A DNA stretch of 63,580 bases, filler included, from Intoshia linei (taxonomy: Eukaryota; Animalia; Orthonectida), in assembly GCA_001642005.1 (NCBI GenBank). It is 6 parts of 6 records of this genome, joined end to end, with 100 filler letters (N's around TTAATTAATTAA, not from the genome) between each part and the next. Parts side by side here need not be neighbours in the genome. Positions count along the whole stretch, not along the records: positions 1 to 22,456 come from LWCA01000594.1; 5 more parts are not named here. One strand, given 5' to 3'. Of this stretch, positions 1 to 13,628 are shown in pieces. The stretch's first letter is position 1; every line of letters begins with the position of its first letter. A program made the translations under genes and the position numbers. The notes below the pieces were generated by a model. The model saw only the letters and a list, made by a program, of their open reading frames with translations. It made no database searches and was not told where the DNA came from.

Positions 1-1
1 A

Positions 2-160
2 ATGAAGATACTGACCCTTTTCGGTAGTACATATAGGTGCGAACAATTGTTTTCATTGATGAAGGTGAGAAAGAACAAGACTACTAACCGAATACTAGAC
101 GAAAATGTAGCACTTTTTTAAAATATTTTTTTCATTTCGAATCAATTCACATAAGATGTA
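2..160 (+). mobile_element. hAT (Charlie/SPIN-like) transposase C-terminal remnant
   Basis: Translates MKILTLFGSTYRCEQLFSLMKVRK..., the FGSTYxCEQLFS motif of the hAT dimerization region. Confidence 0.7.
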
Positions 161-1552
161 TAGGATACATAAAAGAAAAATATTAAAAACTTGCCGACTA
201 ATACAGAATTAATAAAGGGTTATTCCCATTATTACCCTAAATTTATCATTTTCTATTTTCATCAAATCCAGCTATATTTTATAACATAATTTATAATAAA
301 AATTGTAGTAATTAACTTTATATGGTACTTTATTTACTTCTCATGATATTAAAAATATCATATTATAACCATAACTATTCAATTTAATCATAATGCATAT
401 ACACTGCATATTCTTTATTGAAGATCAATTTTTTTGAAGCTGAAATTTATGATAGTCCTATAATTATATTTAATTATTGAATAAATTTTTGTAAATTTTT
501 GGACTCTTTTAATTTAAAAAAAGGTAATTTGTGGTTATGGCTGTAAAGGTGCCAAATTTTGAATATTCTGCGCCTGGTCAAACTGACTTGGAATTTTTGT
601 TATTTAAGTTTCTGGGACTTTCAGTTTTTTCAATAAATTGTAACTCCAACAGACAGACACACATTGTTAGCAACTTTTACTTTATATAGGTAAGGATTAC
701 TTATCTAGTTGCCAATTGTCTATTTACCAGTAAAGGGACCAGACCCTAAAGAGCCAAAAATGGCTCGGGACATATGAAAATGATATGTCCTTACACATTA
801 AAAGAAATTTTGTTTCCTCCATCTATTGTATTGATCCAGCGATTGCCAAACTTTTTCCAAAAGAAACATTCTATGAACTAATAAATGTAAATTTTTTGGT
901 GTAACACATAAAATTTCCTGAGACGCTCTATTCCGCTAGGGCAAAACGGTGCGAAACACTTTCTTGGAGTTTGGGATGAATCAGTTTAAAAATACATCGC
1001 TAAATTGAATGTTACCCCAAAATAATAAATTTTAAATTTTATTATATATATATTTTTTTTAAATACTTAGGATATTGTTATAATTAGTAATTGTTAATTA
1101 ATTGAAATTTTTGTCTTTTTTCAAAAAAACTATTTTAGCTAAACCCAATAAATCAATTACAACTGATGTTATAAACCAATTTATAGTATAATGTTTAATA
1201 ATATAATATTAGATTAATAATATGATATTATCGATAAAAATTACTATTATGAATGCATGTAATATTAAACCTTAATTCTCAATATTTCTAATTAGTAATC
1301 AATATCCCGATGACTTTATAGATGTGCAATAATTGCGAACGATAATTATTAAGCTATTTAAATGGAATCCTTATAATTATCTTACGTAAATTATAGATTA
1401 AAACTTAACATTGAAATTTAATAATACGCCACAATCATGTATATAATTGATTTATAAATACAATTTCATTTGATAAGTCTTGAAATATGTTGATACATAT
1501 TAATATAATTTGTATTTGATCAAATTCATTTAATTAATATCTAAAAGAAAAT

Positions 1553-4500
1553 ATGCCAAATAACAGTTCGCTCAGTCTTGAAGAAACTATTGTACTGTTT
1601 TATCAGAACCATAATGAATATTATGTAATGAGCAATAGTCAAATTATTATTATAATTACAATTTTTGGAATAATTTCAATCATCGGATGTATAGAAAACA
1701 TTTACACCTTGGTAGGACTAATTAAAAGCTCAAAAATTAAAATTTTATAATTTTAGTACATTATTCTATCGAGAAAAAAGTTGAGAATAATCAGAAATAT
1801 TTTTATCGCAAATTTGGCATTTACCGATTTAATAATTTGTGTGATTGTTGAACCTCTCAACGTTTACCAAATTATTGTTAATGAATGGAAGCTTGGTGCT
1901 ATAATGTGCAGAGTATGAATGCGAGAAATAATATAATTGATTAGTTTAGCGCTGTGGTTGGAGGCATTGTATGCTATGTTTCTACTTATACCATCATAAG
2001 TATATGTATACACCGATACTTTACAATAATTTATTCGTTTAATGATAACGTCAAAAAACGTATAGTAATCAGCTTTATTATGATATGGGTAACTAGTATA
2101 CTCATTCCTTTGCCTCTGTTGTATCTTACAAAACATTATGGTATTACATTTATTGTATTTTATTAATTTTGAGTAAAAATTACATCTGTATGTATAATGT
2201 TAATAATAATAAAGCCATCATATTTGATCTGAAATTATATCAATATATGATTTATGGATCAAATTAGACATTTAAATTTTTGTTAATGTCAACAACTCTA
2301 TTTAGTTATTTCTAACAAGTCTTAGTAACATGTAGTATTTTACTAATATTATTAGCAATAACTACATACAATATTACGCCTTTTCAATTTAAATGATTGT
2401 ACTCACAGTTGTTTGTTTGTAGCGCATGTTCAATACTTGAATTGGATGGTTTATTTCTACTTTATAACATTAATCTGTAATGTATAGAGTTCAAATAGTG
2501 ATAAATTTCAGATTATACCATTTAACTATAAATATGATAATAATTACAACCAAAATAAGGGAAAAATTTCAACTAAGTTCAAAGTGAGAAAATTATTCTT
2601 ATAATATTATTAATTTTTTTTATATCAGTTAATTTAATGGTATTATATTATATTAAATTTCAAAAAAATATTAACAAGTACGTTTAATTTCCAATATAAA
2701 AATAGAAAAATAACATTTCAAATGTTTTTTTATGTTTATGAATAAATTTAAAAGCAATGTATTTAAGTAACATTTAATGGTTATGAAGTAGAATCAAATA
2801 AAGTAAAAATTGAAATTATAAATTATAATCAATGTTTGAGGGTTCTTCTTTTATTATATATGTACTAGCTTGACTGTTTTGTACTACGTACAAACAGCCT
2901 TTAGCTCTACCGAAAGCACATTTTTAATATACCAATGAAAATAATTTAAATAAAAACAAATATTTTTGGCAAGTTTTCTTTCGTTTATCAACAACGATTT
3001 AATTAATTAATTAATTTAACTTAAACTAATGGTATATATGATAATATATTATAATATATTAAATTGATTATAAATTATAAATTAATAAATTAAACGTAAA
3101 GAATGATAACAAGCATAATTCGATAAACGCAATTTAATTTAATGGGTCCTAGAAATTTTTTTTAATTTACACAATGTTAATATGCAAATTAAAATATTTT
3201 ATTTTATGTTACGACACGGGGTGGTCGCCCCTTACACCCCTAGATACATTACACTTATTAGATATTGTACATTACTGAGTGGTTCCCAAACTTTTTCAAC
3301 CATGAACCACTTGTCAAAACAAAAATCTATGTAGACCACATAATTTGTTTAAAAAATGCTGAACACATCATTAAGATAACACTTTTAACATGTTTTTATT
3401 ATATATTCCTTTTTAAATTCAAATTAAATCGAAAATTTTACATTAATTTTGAAGTGTGTCTTCTATGGCGTAATTAACAAAATTATTCATTTTAGACATA
3501 CGTATACAATGTATACATATATAATAAACAAACTGCCAAGCCAAACCTACAGTATCTGGGATTCAGATCTTCCGATGGATCTTGACGAAATTATTTTTAA
3601 ATGGAGGCATAAATTTACTAAATTGAGCATTTAAAATATTCTCGAAACTCATAAATAATTTGTATGTTTATTTATAATGTCAACTCAAGAGTCTTAGAGA
3701 GGTGGATAGGGTTATATGACACTACAATTAGTTTAGTTTGCAAAATTGTTGAAAGTTCGGATCAGGAATCTACTATTCAACTAATTTAAATCGTTAATTA
3801 GATTAAATTTAAGGCACGTGAAAACTATTAACGTTATTCAGTGAAACTTCCCTTCATTTTAATAAAATTTTTACGTTCACTAATAATAATAAATGATCGA
3901 TAATAAATAATATTCTAATTTAATTTTGTTGTTAAAAAAATTATCTTTATTTTATTTAAAATTTTTCTTGTGGACTACCTAGAATTTTCTGTGGACCACT
4001 TTGGAAACAACTGATTATTATGGATTTTTATTATTATTAATATTTTATAGCTCAAAACAATGAAAAGTATAGTATTTACCAGTGACACTTACATTTGTTC
4101 ACATTTCAAAATTACCATATTTGTAAACATTTCGGCTTATATTTTTTATAATTTGGAGTTTTTTAAAAGTGCAAATTTGAATAAAATTAATTAAAAATTT
4201 CTAAAAATAAACAATCTCGTAAGAGTTAAGCTGAGAAGGTAATAAATCACTGATACGAAATAAACAACAGTACAACTAGTATATCAGAAATAAACAATAA
4301 TGTATTAATAATAAAATATTTTTATAGTTTTCAAAGTTAAAGGCAGGGTACTTGAAGTATGTGTACACAGTCTGGACAATGACCTATTTGAACATTACGG
4401 AATAGTTCTGATAGTAACACAGTTTATTATTCCAACTTTCATGCTAGTTTATATGAATGCTCGGATAATTATCTGTCTTCTCAAAAGGCCAAAATCAAGA

Positions 4501-4809
4501 ATAATACCAGTAAAATCAACAACATTTTTTTCTATTAATTGTTGCCGAAATTATAATTTAAAAGATTCTCGAAATTGCAAAAACATAATAATTTTGTCAA
4601 TTATTATATTTGTATTCATTATGGTCTGGTTGCCGTTGAATCTAGCTAATGTATTGTATGATTATGGAATATTTATGGGCCCAGTAGACATTTTTTTACC
4701 TATATGTCACGGTTTTGTCAACTTCTCAACATGTCTTCATCCAATAATATACGCATGGTTGAATACATCTATAAAACGAAATTATTTTGATAAATTTGTG
4801 AAATGTTAA
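1553..4809 (+). CDS. Class A GPCR, neuropeptide (NPY/NPF/PrRP-like) receptor family; exons ~1553-1711, 1757-1912, 1945-2140, 4328-4809
   Basis: Spliced reading gives TM1 IGCIEN, NIFIANLAFTD (TM2), WKLGAIMC, SICIHRY (TM3), FIIP (TM5), VWLPLN (TM6) and STCLHPIIYAWLN (TM7). GT-AG introns keep frame. Confidence 0.85.
2863..2935 (-). mobile_element. Helitron 3' terminus (hairpin + CTAG), one copy of a dispersed family also at ~21285, 22840-22883, 27124, 27481, 52005, 54148
   Basis: Reverse complement reads ...ctgtttgtac-gta-gtacaaaacag-tcaagCTAG|T: a stem-loop a few nt upstream of CTAG followed by T. Confidence 0.7.
3277..4013. mobile_element. hAT-type non-autonomous element in GPCR intron 3; inverted relative of 49137-49881
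   Basis: Ends gagtggttcccaaa.../...tttggaaacaactg. The internal sequence matches 49137-49881 in reverse complement. Confidence 0.65.
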
Positions 4810-5039
4810 TAATAAAATCAATATATTACATTATATTAATGTAGTAAATTGTATATTCATATAATAAAAATTAAATCTGATTATCATCATATATTAAGAT
4901 TATTGTCTGAGTTATGTTCGTGTCGACATTATTATAATTATATGTTTATTAAGATGACCTCTGAACCTTTTTATGCTTTGTTTATTCAAAAATCAACGAC
5001 GGGCAGTGTATCTTATATTTTAATAATTAATTAAATATA

Positions 5040-5640
5040 CTTATTAGGTACATGACTACAAAACTTTTAAAAATTGTTACAAATCTTACGATAATCACCT
5101 TAAAAAAAGCACCTACTGAAATGCAAAAATTTTCAGATGATGAAAATTGATGGGCTATAGTTTCTGATTCAGGGTATATTGGATCAGACCTCAATTCACC
5201 GAAAATAAGAAAAATTGTCATGGACCGTACTTCTACCGTAAAAACCATTGAAAAAAATTAAAATTGAAAGAATTGGCTAAAATTTGCGGGCCTGTTAAAA
5301 GTATATTGTATTTAATCACATTCGTATAATGTATATGTTTTTGGTAGACTAAAAAACAATTTCTGTGAATTTTCTAAAACATATTCATATGAACAATGGC
5401 ATTTCTATATTGATTTTTATAATTATGTTGGATTGACAAATGAATTAATAAAAAGAAATAGATTATATTCAGATGATTATGATTATTAAGTCAAGATATT
5501 TATTTAATATATTTTTAATAATTTTCATAATTTGTAATTTCAAATCACGTGAGGAACACGAATTATCAAGATTGAGACACAATGAAAGATGTCAAAAGTA
5601 TCGAGAAGCAAACCGCTTAAGGCGCTCGCTAAACTCAACC
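5040..5640 (+). pseudogene. Decayed PIF/Harbinger-like (DDE_Tnp_4) transposase
   Basis: Fragments HDYKTF, WAIVSDSGYIG, FFGRLK and GLTNELI, with stops and frameshifts. Confidence 0.5.
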
Positions 5641-7395
5641 ATTTCTTAATTTAATATTTTTATCTGTCCATGATTTGCCATTTTTTTATCTGTCTATAAT
5701 TGTATATTATAATAAACCTGTTTCAATGAATGTATTATTAACCGTTTTTGTAGGTAATGAATTTTATTTACATTGTAAATGACAGAATATTTGATATTTG
5801 AAAAATTTTTAAAAAACATTCTGAATAATTATATATGTTCCTTCATTTATTATTATGTTATTTACTATGTTTAGTTCAAAATTGGACTTTAAATAATTAT
5901 TTTTATATTATTGATATGATTAATCTGAAGCAATACAAATGTATTAATTACAATTTCCTTTTGTGGATTTGATGAGTGTTTAAGTAAAATGTTTATTTTA
6001 GTTTTTAAATTTCAAAAATTATAACAATATTATATAATCAGTATAACATTTTGAAATTAGACTAATTTCTAATCACAATTATAATTAGTGAGTAAATATG
6101 CAATGAGTCATAGTCTGACAATTAATCGTAATAGGCTATTACGAATTACTATTATAACAATAATAATTATTATTACTAATAGCTAACGAATTTTCCTAAC
6201 TATATGGAATTTATAAGTTTATTTCATATCATTATGAATTTCGTTAGGAATTGAATAATTCATCCAATTTATTTTAATTAGTACATTAAATATTGTTAAC
6301 TGTAACGTGTGAGACGAAATATAGTTATGATCGAGATATCTGGTGTTGATAAGACTTTAGACACTTGAAAGATTAATATTTTATTTACATTATTATTTTA
6401 TTTTTATTTATGTTATTATCTTTTTATGTATTTATGTTTCATATTTATGTTATTTTTATGTAAGTAGAAATATCTTTATAAGTTATACATAATAAATAAA
6501 TTATAAGTCTTCATATTCAGTGATAATAGATTTGACTTGTAACTTCAAATCTAAGTTATTTTTAAATCTTCTGATCTTCTTTTAAATCTGAAAAGTTCTA
6601 ATATTTTGGCATATCATTTTATTCATATATATGACCACATGGTATTAATAATGGTTCTTCGATAAAAAAAGGGGGATAATTTTTCATAGCAGTGTAATAT
6701 AATTTATTGGTAATACATTTGGTATATTCCATTTACAATATCAAATTAATTTCATTTTCTAATTTTAATAAAAAAGTTTATTTCAAGTCTCTGACGAATC
6801 ACATCCAAACTTTTTCATCTTTGACATTAATTGTATATTGCTTCTCAAATTCAAAATCAATAATATTTAAAGATTACTATAACTAATTTAAAAAGATGAA
6901 TTATATTTTATTAAGGTTCCGATATAATCGATTCTTATATAACATTATGTATGTACAAAAATAATTAAAACTGCTTGTTCATTCATATACGTTCATACGT
7001 ATATTATGACGATGAAATCTGTAACTTTTAACCTTAACTAAAATTAGAGTATCATAGCTGTGCGATAGGTAGATGTATCTTATAATATTAAAAATTGATC
7101 TAAATATAGATAATAACATTCATCGAGTATATTTTACATTATATTGTATAAATTTTGACAATTTAAAAAGAATCAATGTCGTTTATGTTTAATTTTAAGT
7201 GTACATTTAAAAATATTGAGGTGATAGTTGTAAAAATTTGATCCTACAATAATATGTTACATCAATATTCTTTTTAAAAATCTTTTGATGATATCAGTTG
7301 AATAAAACATTTAATTATAAATTACAACACAAGGAAATTTGATATCTAACCTAAAACTTGTTACAGTAAATTATTACTTAAACAACATAAGTGAA

Positions 7396-8344
7396 ATGAT
7401 GAAACAGATTTTTGTTTTTAAATGTATTTTTTATTTCTGTGTTTCCGTTTACGGTGTCAACAATACCAAATGCCTTATTGAAGGAAATCTTTTCACTAAA
7501 GATATTTCAAATTATTGTAATGTTGCTAAATTTCAAAAAGATTGTCTTGAAACAAACTTTCCAAGATTATGTCAAAAGATTAAAAGTCAACCTACTTATG
7601 TAAATTCAGATTGCAAAATGAATGGCATTATGCTGTTTGGTGATGATTTATTCATTTTTTATTTAAATTCATTTAAACTTGCTTTTATTGGATTACTAAT
7701 AATTTATTAGATATTGGTGCCTCAACTATAGATTTAAATGGAAATTGCCCAAAAAAATATTGTAATATGCACCATATATACAATTTCTCCATAAATCTAA
7801 TAAAAAGTATATTGGGAAAGGATCCTTCTCCACAAAGACAATTAACTTTGGGATATTTTACAGATAAAGATTATACGTTTCAAAAATCAACCAATAATTT
7901 TAATGAAATTGAAAAATCCTTAAATGAAAACTATCACATTACTAATCAAATGTCCACATTCGATGTAATTGCACTTTGGAATTTATTATTTTAATTTATT
8001 TTTAACAATTTAGAATTTTTTAATAATAGCATTTAAAACATTGTACGACACAAAAAAATTGAAACAGTTTAAATATAGTAACGTGAAACCAGCTATAATT
8101 GTATTAACCGATAATAAATACGTTTACAATAAGAATATAACCAGGTAATACTTAGTGTATTAATACATAAACAATAATTTATTATTATTGTTTAGAGATT
8201 TATCCGATTTGTTGAGTATTTTCAACTTTAAATTGATTGTTATACAAATACAACGAGAAAATAGTTATAATGGTAATTATTATAATATCTTTTAAATTTT
8301 ATCTGATAAAATTATGTATAGTCGACATTGTATCTACAATATAG
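7396..8344 (+). CDS. Secreted Cys-rich + von Willebrand A domain protein, paralog 1; exons ~7396-7639, 7711-7964, 8014-8144, 8195-8271, 8322-8344
   Basis: Signal peptide, Cys-rich N-terminus, then IMLFDIGAS...CPKKYCNM...LTLGYF...IIVLTD (vWA strand pattern). Aligns with 10928-13191. The 3' end is uncertain. Confidence 0.65.
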
Positions 8345-9502
8345 ACAATGAAAACATTTTAGTTTAAACTTTTAACTGTAATTTAATTTACAATCAAGTT
8401 TTATAACATTGATGCTATTCTGCTCTAATTTTAAAGTAAAATTTTCACCTGGTAAACATTATAAATAAATCATTTTTAAATTGAACAGATGATATTGATT
8501 AACTCAATATAAACAGCTTTACTTGTCAATCTTTTTTTAAAAGGTTTTAAAATAATGATACTTTGATACTATTAATTATCAGAGTAAATCCTCTTTAATA
8601 CAAAAAATAAATTAATTTAAACTTTAAATAATATACTAAGGTTTGACATATTTGTGATTTGTCCAAACTGCAGCTATAATAATGTTATATTTACCAACAT
8701 TGTTCTATTAAATATAGTATACTTTCAACAATTAAAGCAGTTCCGTTATACGCCAATTGCTATAAATTTCGGGGAAAACTAGTGAAATTTATAATACTCA
8801 TAATAGCAATTGACTATTTTTATGTTCATTTTTATGATTACCAGCATACATTCCGATAATTGATTTATTACTCCGAAATTATGACAATATTATTGGCGAA
8901 AAAGAGTTATAATGTTTGTTTTAAAGTAGTGTTTCATTAAAGCAGTTGTTTCTCAATTTTTTTTGCATTTGGCGCAGTTAGAAGCAATTAAAAAATTATA
9001 GCACACAAGCATTTTTTAATTGATTTTAAGTTTTTCAAGTTGTGATATATGATAATACTCATGATTTTAAAAACTATCTGGAAGTAATGTTCTATAAAAG
9101 TATGTAACGATATGATTTAAAAAAAAACGAATAATTTGGTAGTTTGACCAGGAATCTATAAGTTTCTGTGGAGATTCACAACAATAATAATGTCATTGAA
9201 ACGCGTCCCAGAAGTTATATTCTTGAAAATTCTAAGAATAGCTTTTTATTATTTATTTTAAAAAAAAGATAATTTTGGTTTATGATCTTGAAAAACTCAA
9301 TTTCTGGAAATAAAATTTGCGATAATATAAGACTCTCGAAAAACTGTATTAGAAATTGGTTTTTTTAATTAAACGCTAACACACACAGATATTCAATTTT
9401 ATATATATAAGTAAATGATTCTCTTGTGTAATACGTAATATTAAAAAATCCGTAAGAACCGTCAGGCTTGCAATATGATTATTTTTATAAAATTAATATC
9501 AT

Positions 9503-10200
9503 ATCCTTACTTATATAATATTCTACGCAATAATTGTTTTTGTGTCTATGTTCCACTTTATTTCAATAACTACCAGTCTTAGAATTTTATAAAGTTCACA
9601 TTTCAATTACAGTATTTTAGTATTTTTCGATGGTGTTAGCAAAATAAATTTAAACCTCCCAAACTCACATCATACTGGTCAAAAATCCCTATTGTCTTTT
9701 TTTTGAAAATCAAACAAGTTCGAGAGTTTAAAAAAATATATACTCTGATATGAATTTTAAAATCATAAATTTAAATTAAAAAAAATATATATTTAGGGCC
9801 AAAACCTCAAATTACCTTTTTTTTTGTAATGAAGACAACCCTAGAATTTAAAAAAAATTACAGGTGGTACAGTTGTATCTTGTTAACATACACAAAAAAT
9901 TTCAATCTAAATAAGTGATGGCTTCATGGTCAAAAAAGCATTTTAGTTTTCATATATTTTTTTTCCGAACTATGTTATTAAAACAAAAAATGTGAAATAA
10001 TTAACCGTCCCAAAATTAAAAAAAAACACATTATTCTCATAAAGCTTATTCCAGTTGATATAAATACAAAATTTCAACCCCACAAATCTACGCATTCCCG
10101 GTGAAAAATAATTTTTAATATATTATCAACCATATTTTTTAAATATTTCGATTAAAATAAAAATTGAAAATGTAAATTTGATCTTACAATTTCACATTTT
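9503..10200 (+). mobile_element. Helitron-like non-autonomous repeat, 5' end A|TCCTTACTTATATA; related copies at ~697(-), 32102, 35446, 43679, 62581; internal parts at ~41140-41300 and 48040-48200
   Basis: Recurrent A|TC start followed by gtct/gttt-type microsatellite-like sequence and shared internal blocks. No TIR or TSD. Confidence 0.55.
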
Positions 10201-10927
10201 CACAGAATCACTGACAAACATTCATTTTTTATATGAATTTATCAATAATTTATTTTTAATAATGTTTGTAATCGATTTAGGGTTCGAAAATTTAAAGAGT
10301 TTTGTCAAATATTATAATTTAAATAAATGGAAAGATGTCGATGGATCACTCGAAAACATAATTAATGATATATGTAATAAAAATTTAATGAATTTGTTAA
10401 CATTTATAATTTAGGTCCCCTGGCCACGTCAACCATGTCACCAACTACTAAAGTAATTTTAAATGAAATAAATTTATTTACAATTTAAAATTAGTAAAAA
10501 TTAGAATCGTGCAGTGTAAAATTTACTCTTTTTAATAAAATTCAGTTTAATATCACTGCAAATATTAATTACAATTTAGTATTCCGTATAATATTATTAA
10601 TATTTTTGTCCTATTTATACTGTATCATTTTATTCAATAATCATATTTTTAATATTTTAGAATACATTTTATATCATAAAATATATTTTAGAATATAAAT
10701 ACGATAATACCAGATAACAAAAATGGCAGTTCCATAGGATCCAATGACGCATCAAAAATAAGAACATATTTGTTTATTATAGTTTTGCTAATATTATGTA
10801 TAATTAAATAAAGCATTACATGTAATCAAATTAGGTTGGAGTTGTTTTTTCGTACACTGATTATTTCATTATACATTATAATTGTTTATATTTATTAATA
10901 TTAATTGACAATTTTTGATGATAAAAA

Positions 10928-13191
10928 ATGATTAATGTCATATCCAAAATATTCATTTTGACTTGTTTAATTGGGATTAATAAATGTCGTGTTTGTTTTG
11001 TTGAAAATAGGGAATATAGAAATCATTCGACATGTCAACGAGGCAATGTTTCATTAAAATGTGCTAATGCTCAAGGAATTTGTCCTGACTACAGGAATTT
11101 TAAAACAAGTTATATTACACCGCAATATAGCGATTGTCGATCCAATATTGTCATTATACATGGTATGTTATTTATAATCAGTCAAATCAAAAAATATAAT
11201 TATAATTGCAATATTTGCTATCTTTAATATCTTACATAATTTGGTAACTGTTTAGAACAAGGTTTTTCAGTACAAATATAAGTATTTAAATTTTGGTTAA
11301 ATGACAAACATAGTTTTGACTTTTTTCTACTTTTTTCTTTGACTTGATGTAAGATTTTAGTCTGAAATATTTATGTATGAATATTTAGGTATGTATGAAA
11401 ATAATTGTATCTTTAGTGGGTGTTAAGTTATATTACAGTGTATTAATAATATTTATTTGTGCATTAAATAATGAGATTAATAATATATAATTATAATTAT
11501 TTAATTTTAATAAATATAACGTTTTAAGATTATAGTGGTAGTATGGTCAATTCTTATGCGTATTGCCCGAAAAAAATCTGCAATATGAACAAAATTGTTA
11601 AATTTACACTCAGTTTAATGAAAACTTTGATTGGTGAATTTCCAAATAATGACCGAAAAATTACACTAGGTTATTTTTCAAATGATTATGGAACTCATGG
11701 TCACAGTTCTAACGATTTTCAATACCTGGAAAAATTATTAATCGATAAATACAGAAATAATGAAAGTGACACAGATTTAACGGTATATTATTATAATATT
11801 TCTGCTCTATACGGATAGATTTATCATCTGTAAAAGCAGTACGGTCAATTTTTTCTTGATTCCACAATGTACACTGTACATTGTACACAGTAAATTTTAC
11901 TGTATATGTGGACTTTCGGCCCTTTTCTTAGCCCAGGGCCACGAAGTGGCTTAAGACGGCGTTGAGATAACATAGAACCTCCAACACTAAAAATTATTTA
12001 GCCTTCAATTGAAGAAGGAGGCGAAGATACATATATTTTTTACAATAAACCAATATTTGGAAAATTAAATTGATTTATGTATTAAGCGATAATGTATATT
12101 TAAATAATTTTAAACAAAGTGCTGCTTTTTGAAGTTAATTTTTATTTTTAAAAAAAAATCCTTCAGAATCGGAAAAAGGTAAAATTTTGGCGATTTGAAT
12201 TCCTTAAAATTATCGCATCACTAGTATTAATATGTAAACAAAATGTACGTAATGTTAATGTGTTTTAGAAATTAATGAGAGTTATATATGAAATTATATC
12301 AGAAAATAGAAATTCAAATGATCGATTTAAGATAATTGTGATTAGTGATAGCAATTTTACTCAATATGTCGATGGACAAATAAATCCGTAATTTTTTCAT
12401 TTAATTATACTGTAATATATGTAAGTATTGATTTTTTTTATAAGAAATAAAATAATTATAATTATTAAATACCTTATATAATATATAGAATGAATTTAGA
12501 CATGATCAGCATTTAAGGCAATTAAAAAACTATCTCAAACAAATGAACGCAGAATTTATAGTTATTGGACCAATGACAAATGATAAAATATTCGATACAG
12601 GTATAAATAAAAAGAACTAAGTAATATAAAATGCTACAATTAAATGTTAATTATTCATATCACATTAAAATTTTCGTATTATTACTAAATTTATTATATT
12701 TCAATAGCTTATGAAGGACTGAATCTCAGAGAAAATTATATATTGAATGGATGGGAAGTGCCAAATGAATATATTGGTAAAATTAAAGACAACGTATGTG
12801 AAGTAATGTATTTTAATTATATATTTTATAAATTGTTTGGTTACTCAATACTGTAAATTAATGATAATTTTAGAAAGATAATCAAAATAATATAAGAAGT
12901 ACTGAACAAACACATATGCGTCAATCTACTACTCGTAAATACAACTATTATCCAGACAATAATAATATTAATTACAATAATAACCCAAACGAAAATAATA
13001 ATTATCCTACCACACCAAACCAAAATTATCCCACCACATCAAGCAAAAACAATAACAACCTCAATCAAAATAATAACAACTATCCCAACAACCAAAACCC
13101 TAATAACGATCAGAATTATCACAATAACAATGACTACAGCAATTACGGATATAGTCATTACAATAATAATAGAGGAATACACACAAAATTG
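10928..13191 (+). CDS. Secreted Cys-rich + vWA protein with Asn/Tyr/Pro-rich tail, paralog 2; exons ~10928-11162, 11529-11781, 12269-12387, 12489-12600, 12708-12802, 12873-13191, plus a probable short last exon near 13555
   Basis: Signal peptide; CRSNIVIIH|DYSGS (DxSxS MIDAS) forms across intron 1; CPKKICNM; ITLGYF; IIVISD; low-complexity Asn-rich exon. Confidence 0.7.
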
Positions 13192-13628
13192 GTATTTTTA
13201 ATTAATGTAAAATAGTTTACAGTATCTAATACACCTGACAACTAGGGTGGCTAATAAACCAGTAAAATTGAAAACTCGAAAAGTTAATACTTTTTTTGGA
13301 GAACTGGTCACTCTTTTTAGAAGTAAAATGAATTTACTTGAGTTTTTATAGTATCTAAAAAAGTGGTCACTTTTCAATAGTCTGTAGTAAAAATCAAATT
13401 ATTTTGTGGACTGGCAAAAATTTGGCACTCCGCACTAACTCATCATTTCGACTCTAGTCATTATTGACGTAACCATTTTAATAATCCTTAAAAGTAACTT
13501 TCAGTGATAATGTTAATATTAGTGGTAAATAATTAAATTATAATGTAACTTTAGATAAAATGTGAAATGCTGATAGAAACAAATATTCAAAATTAAATTT
13601 AATTATTACAAAAAAATACATTAAAAAA

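Noticed and set aside
6301-6547. Possible solo LTR (TG start, AATAAA)
   Set aside because: No convincing TSD or second copy in the window.
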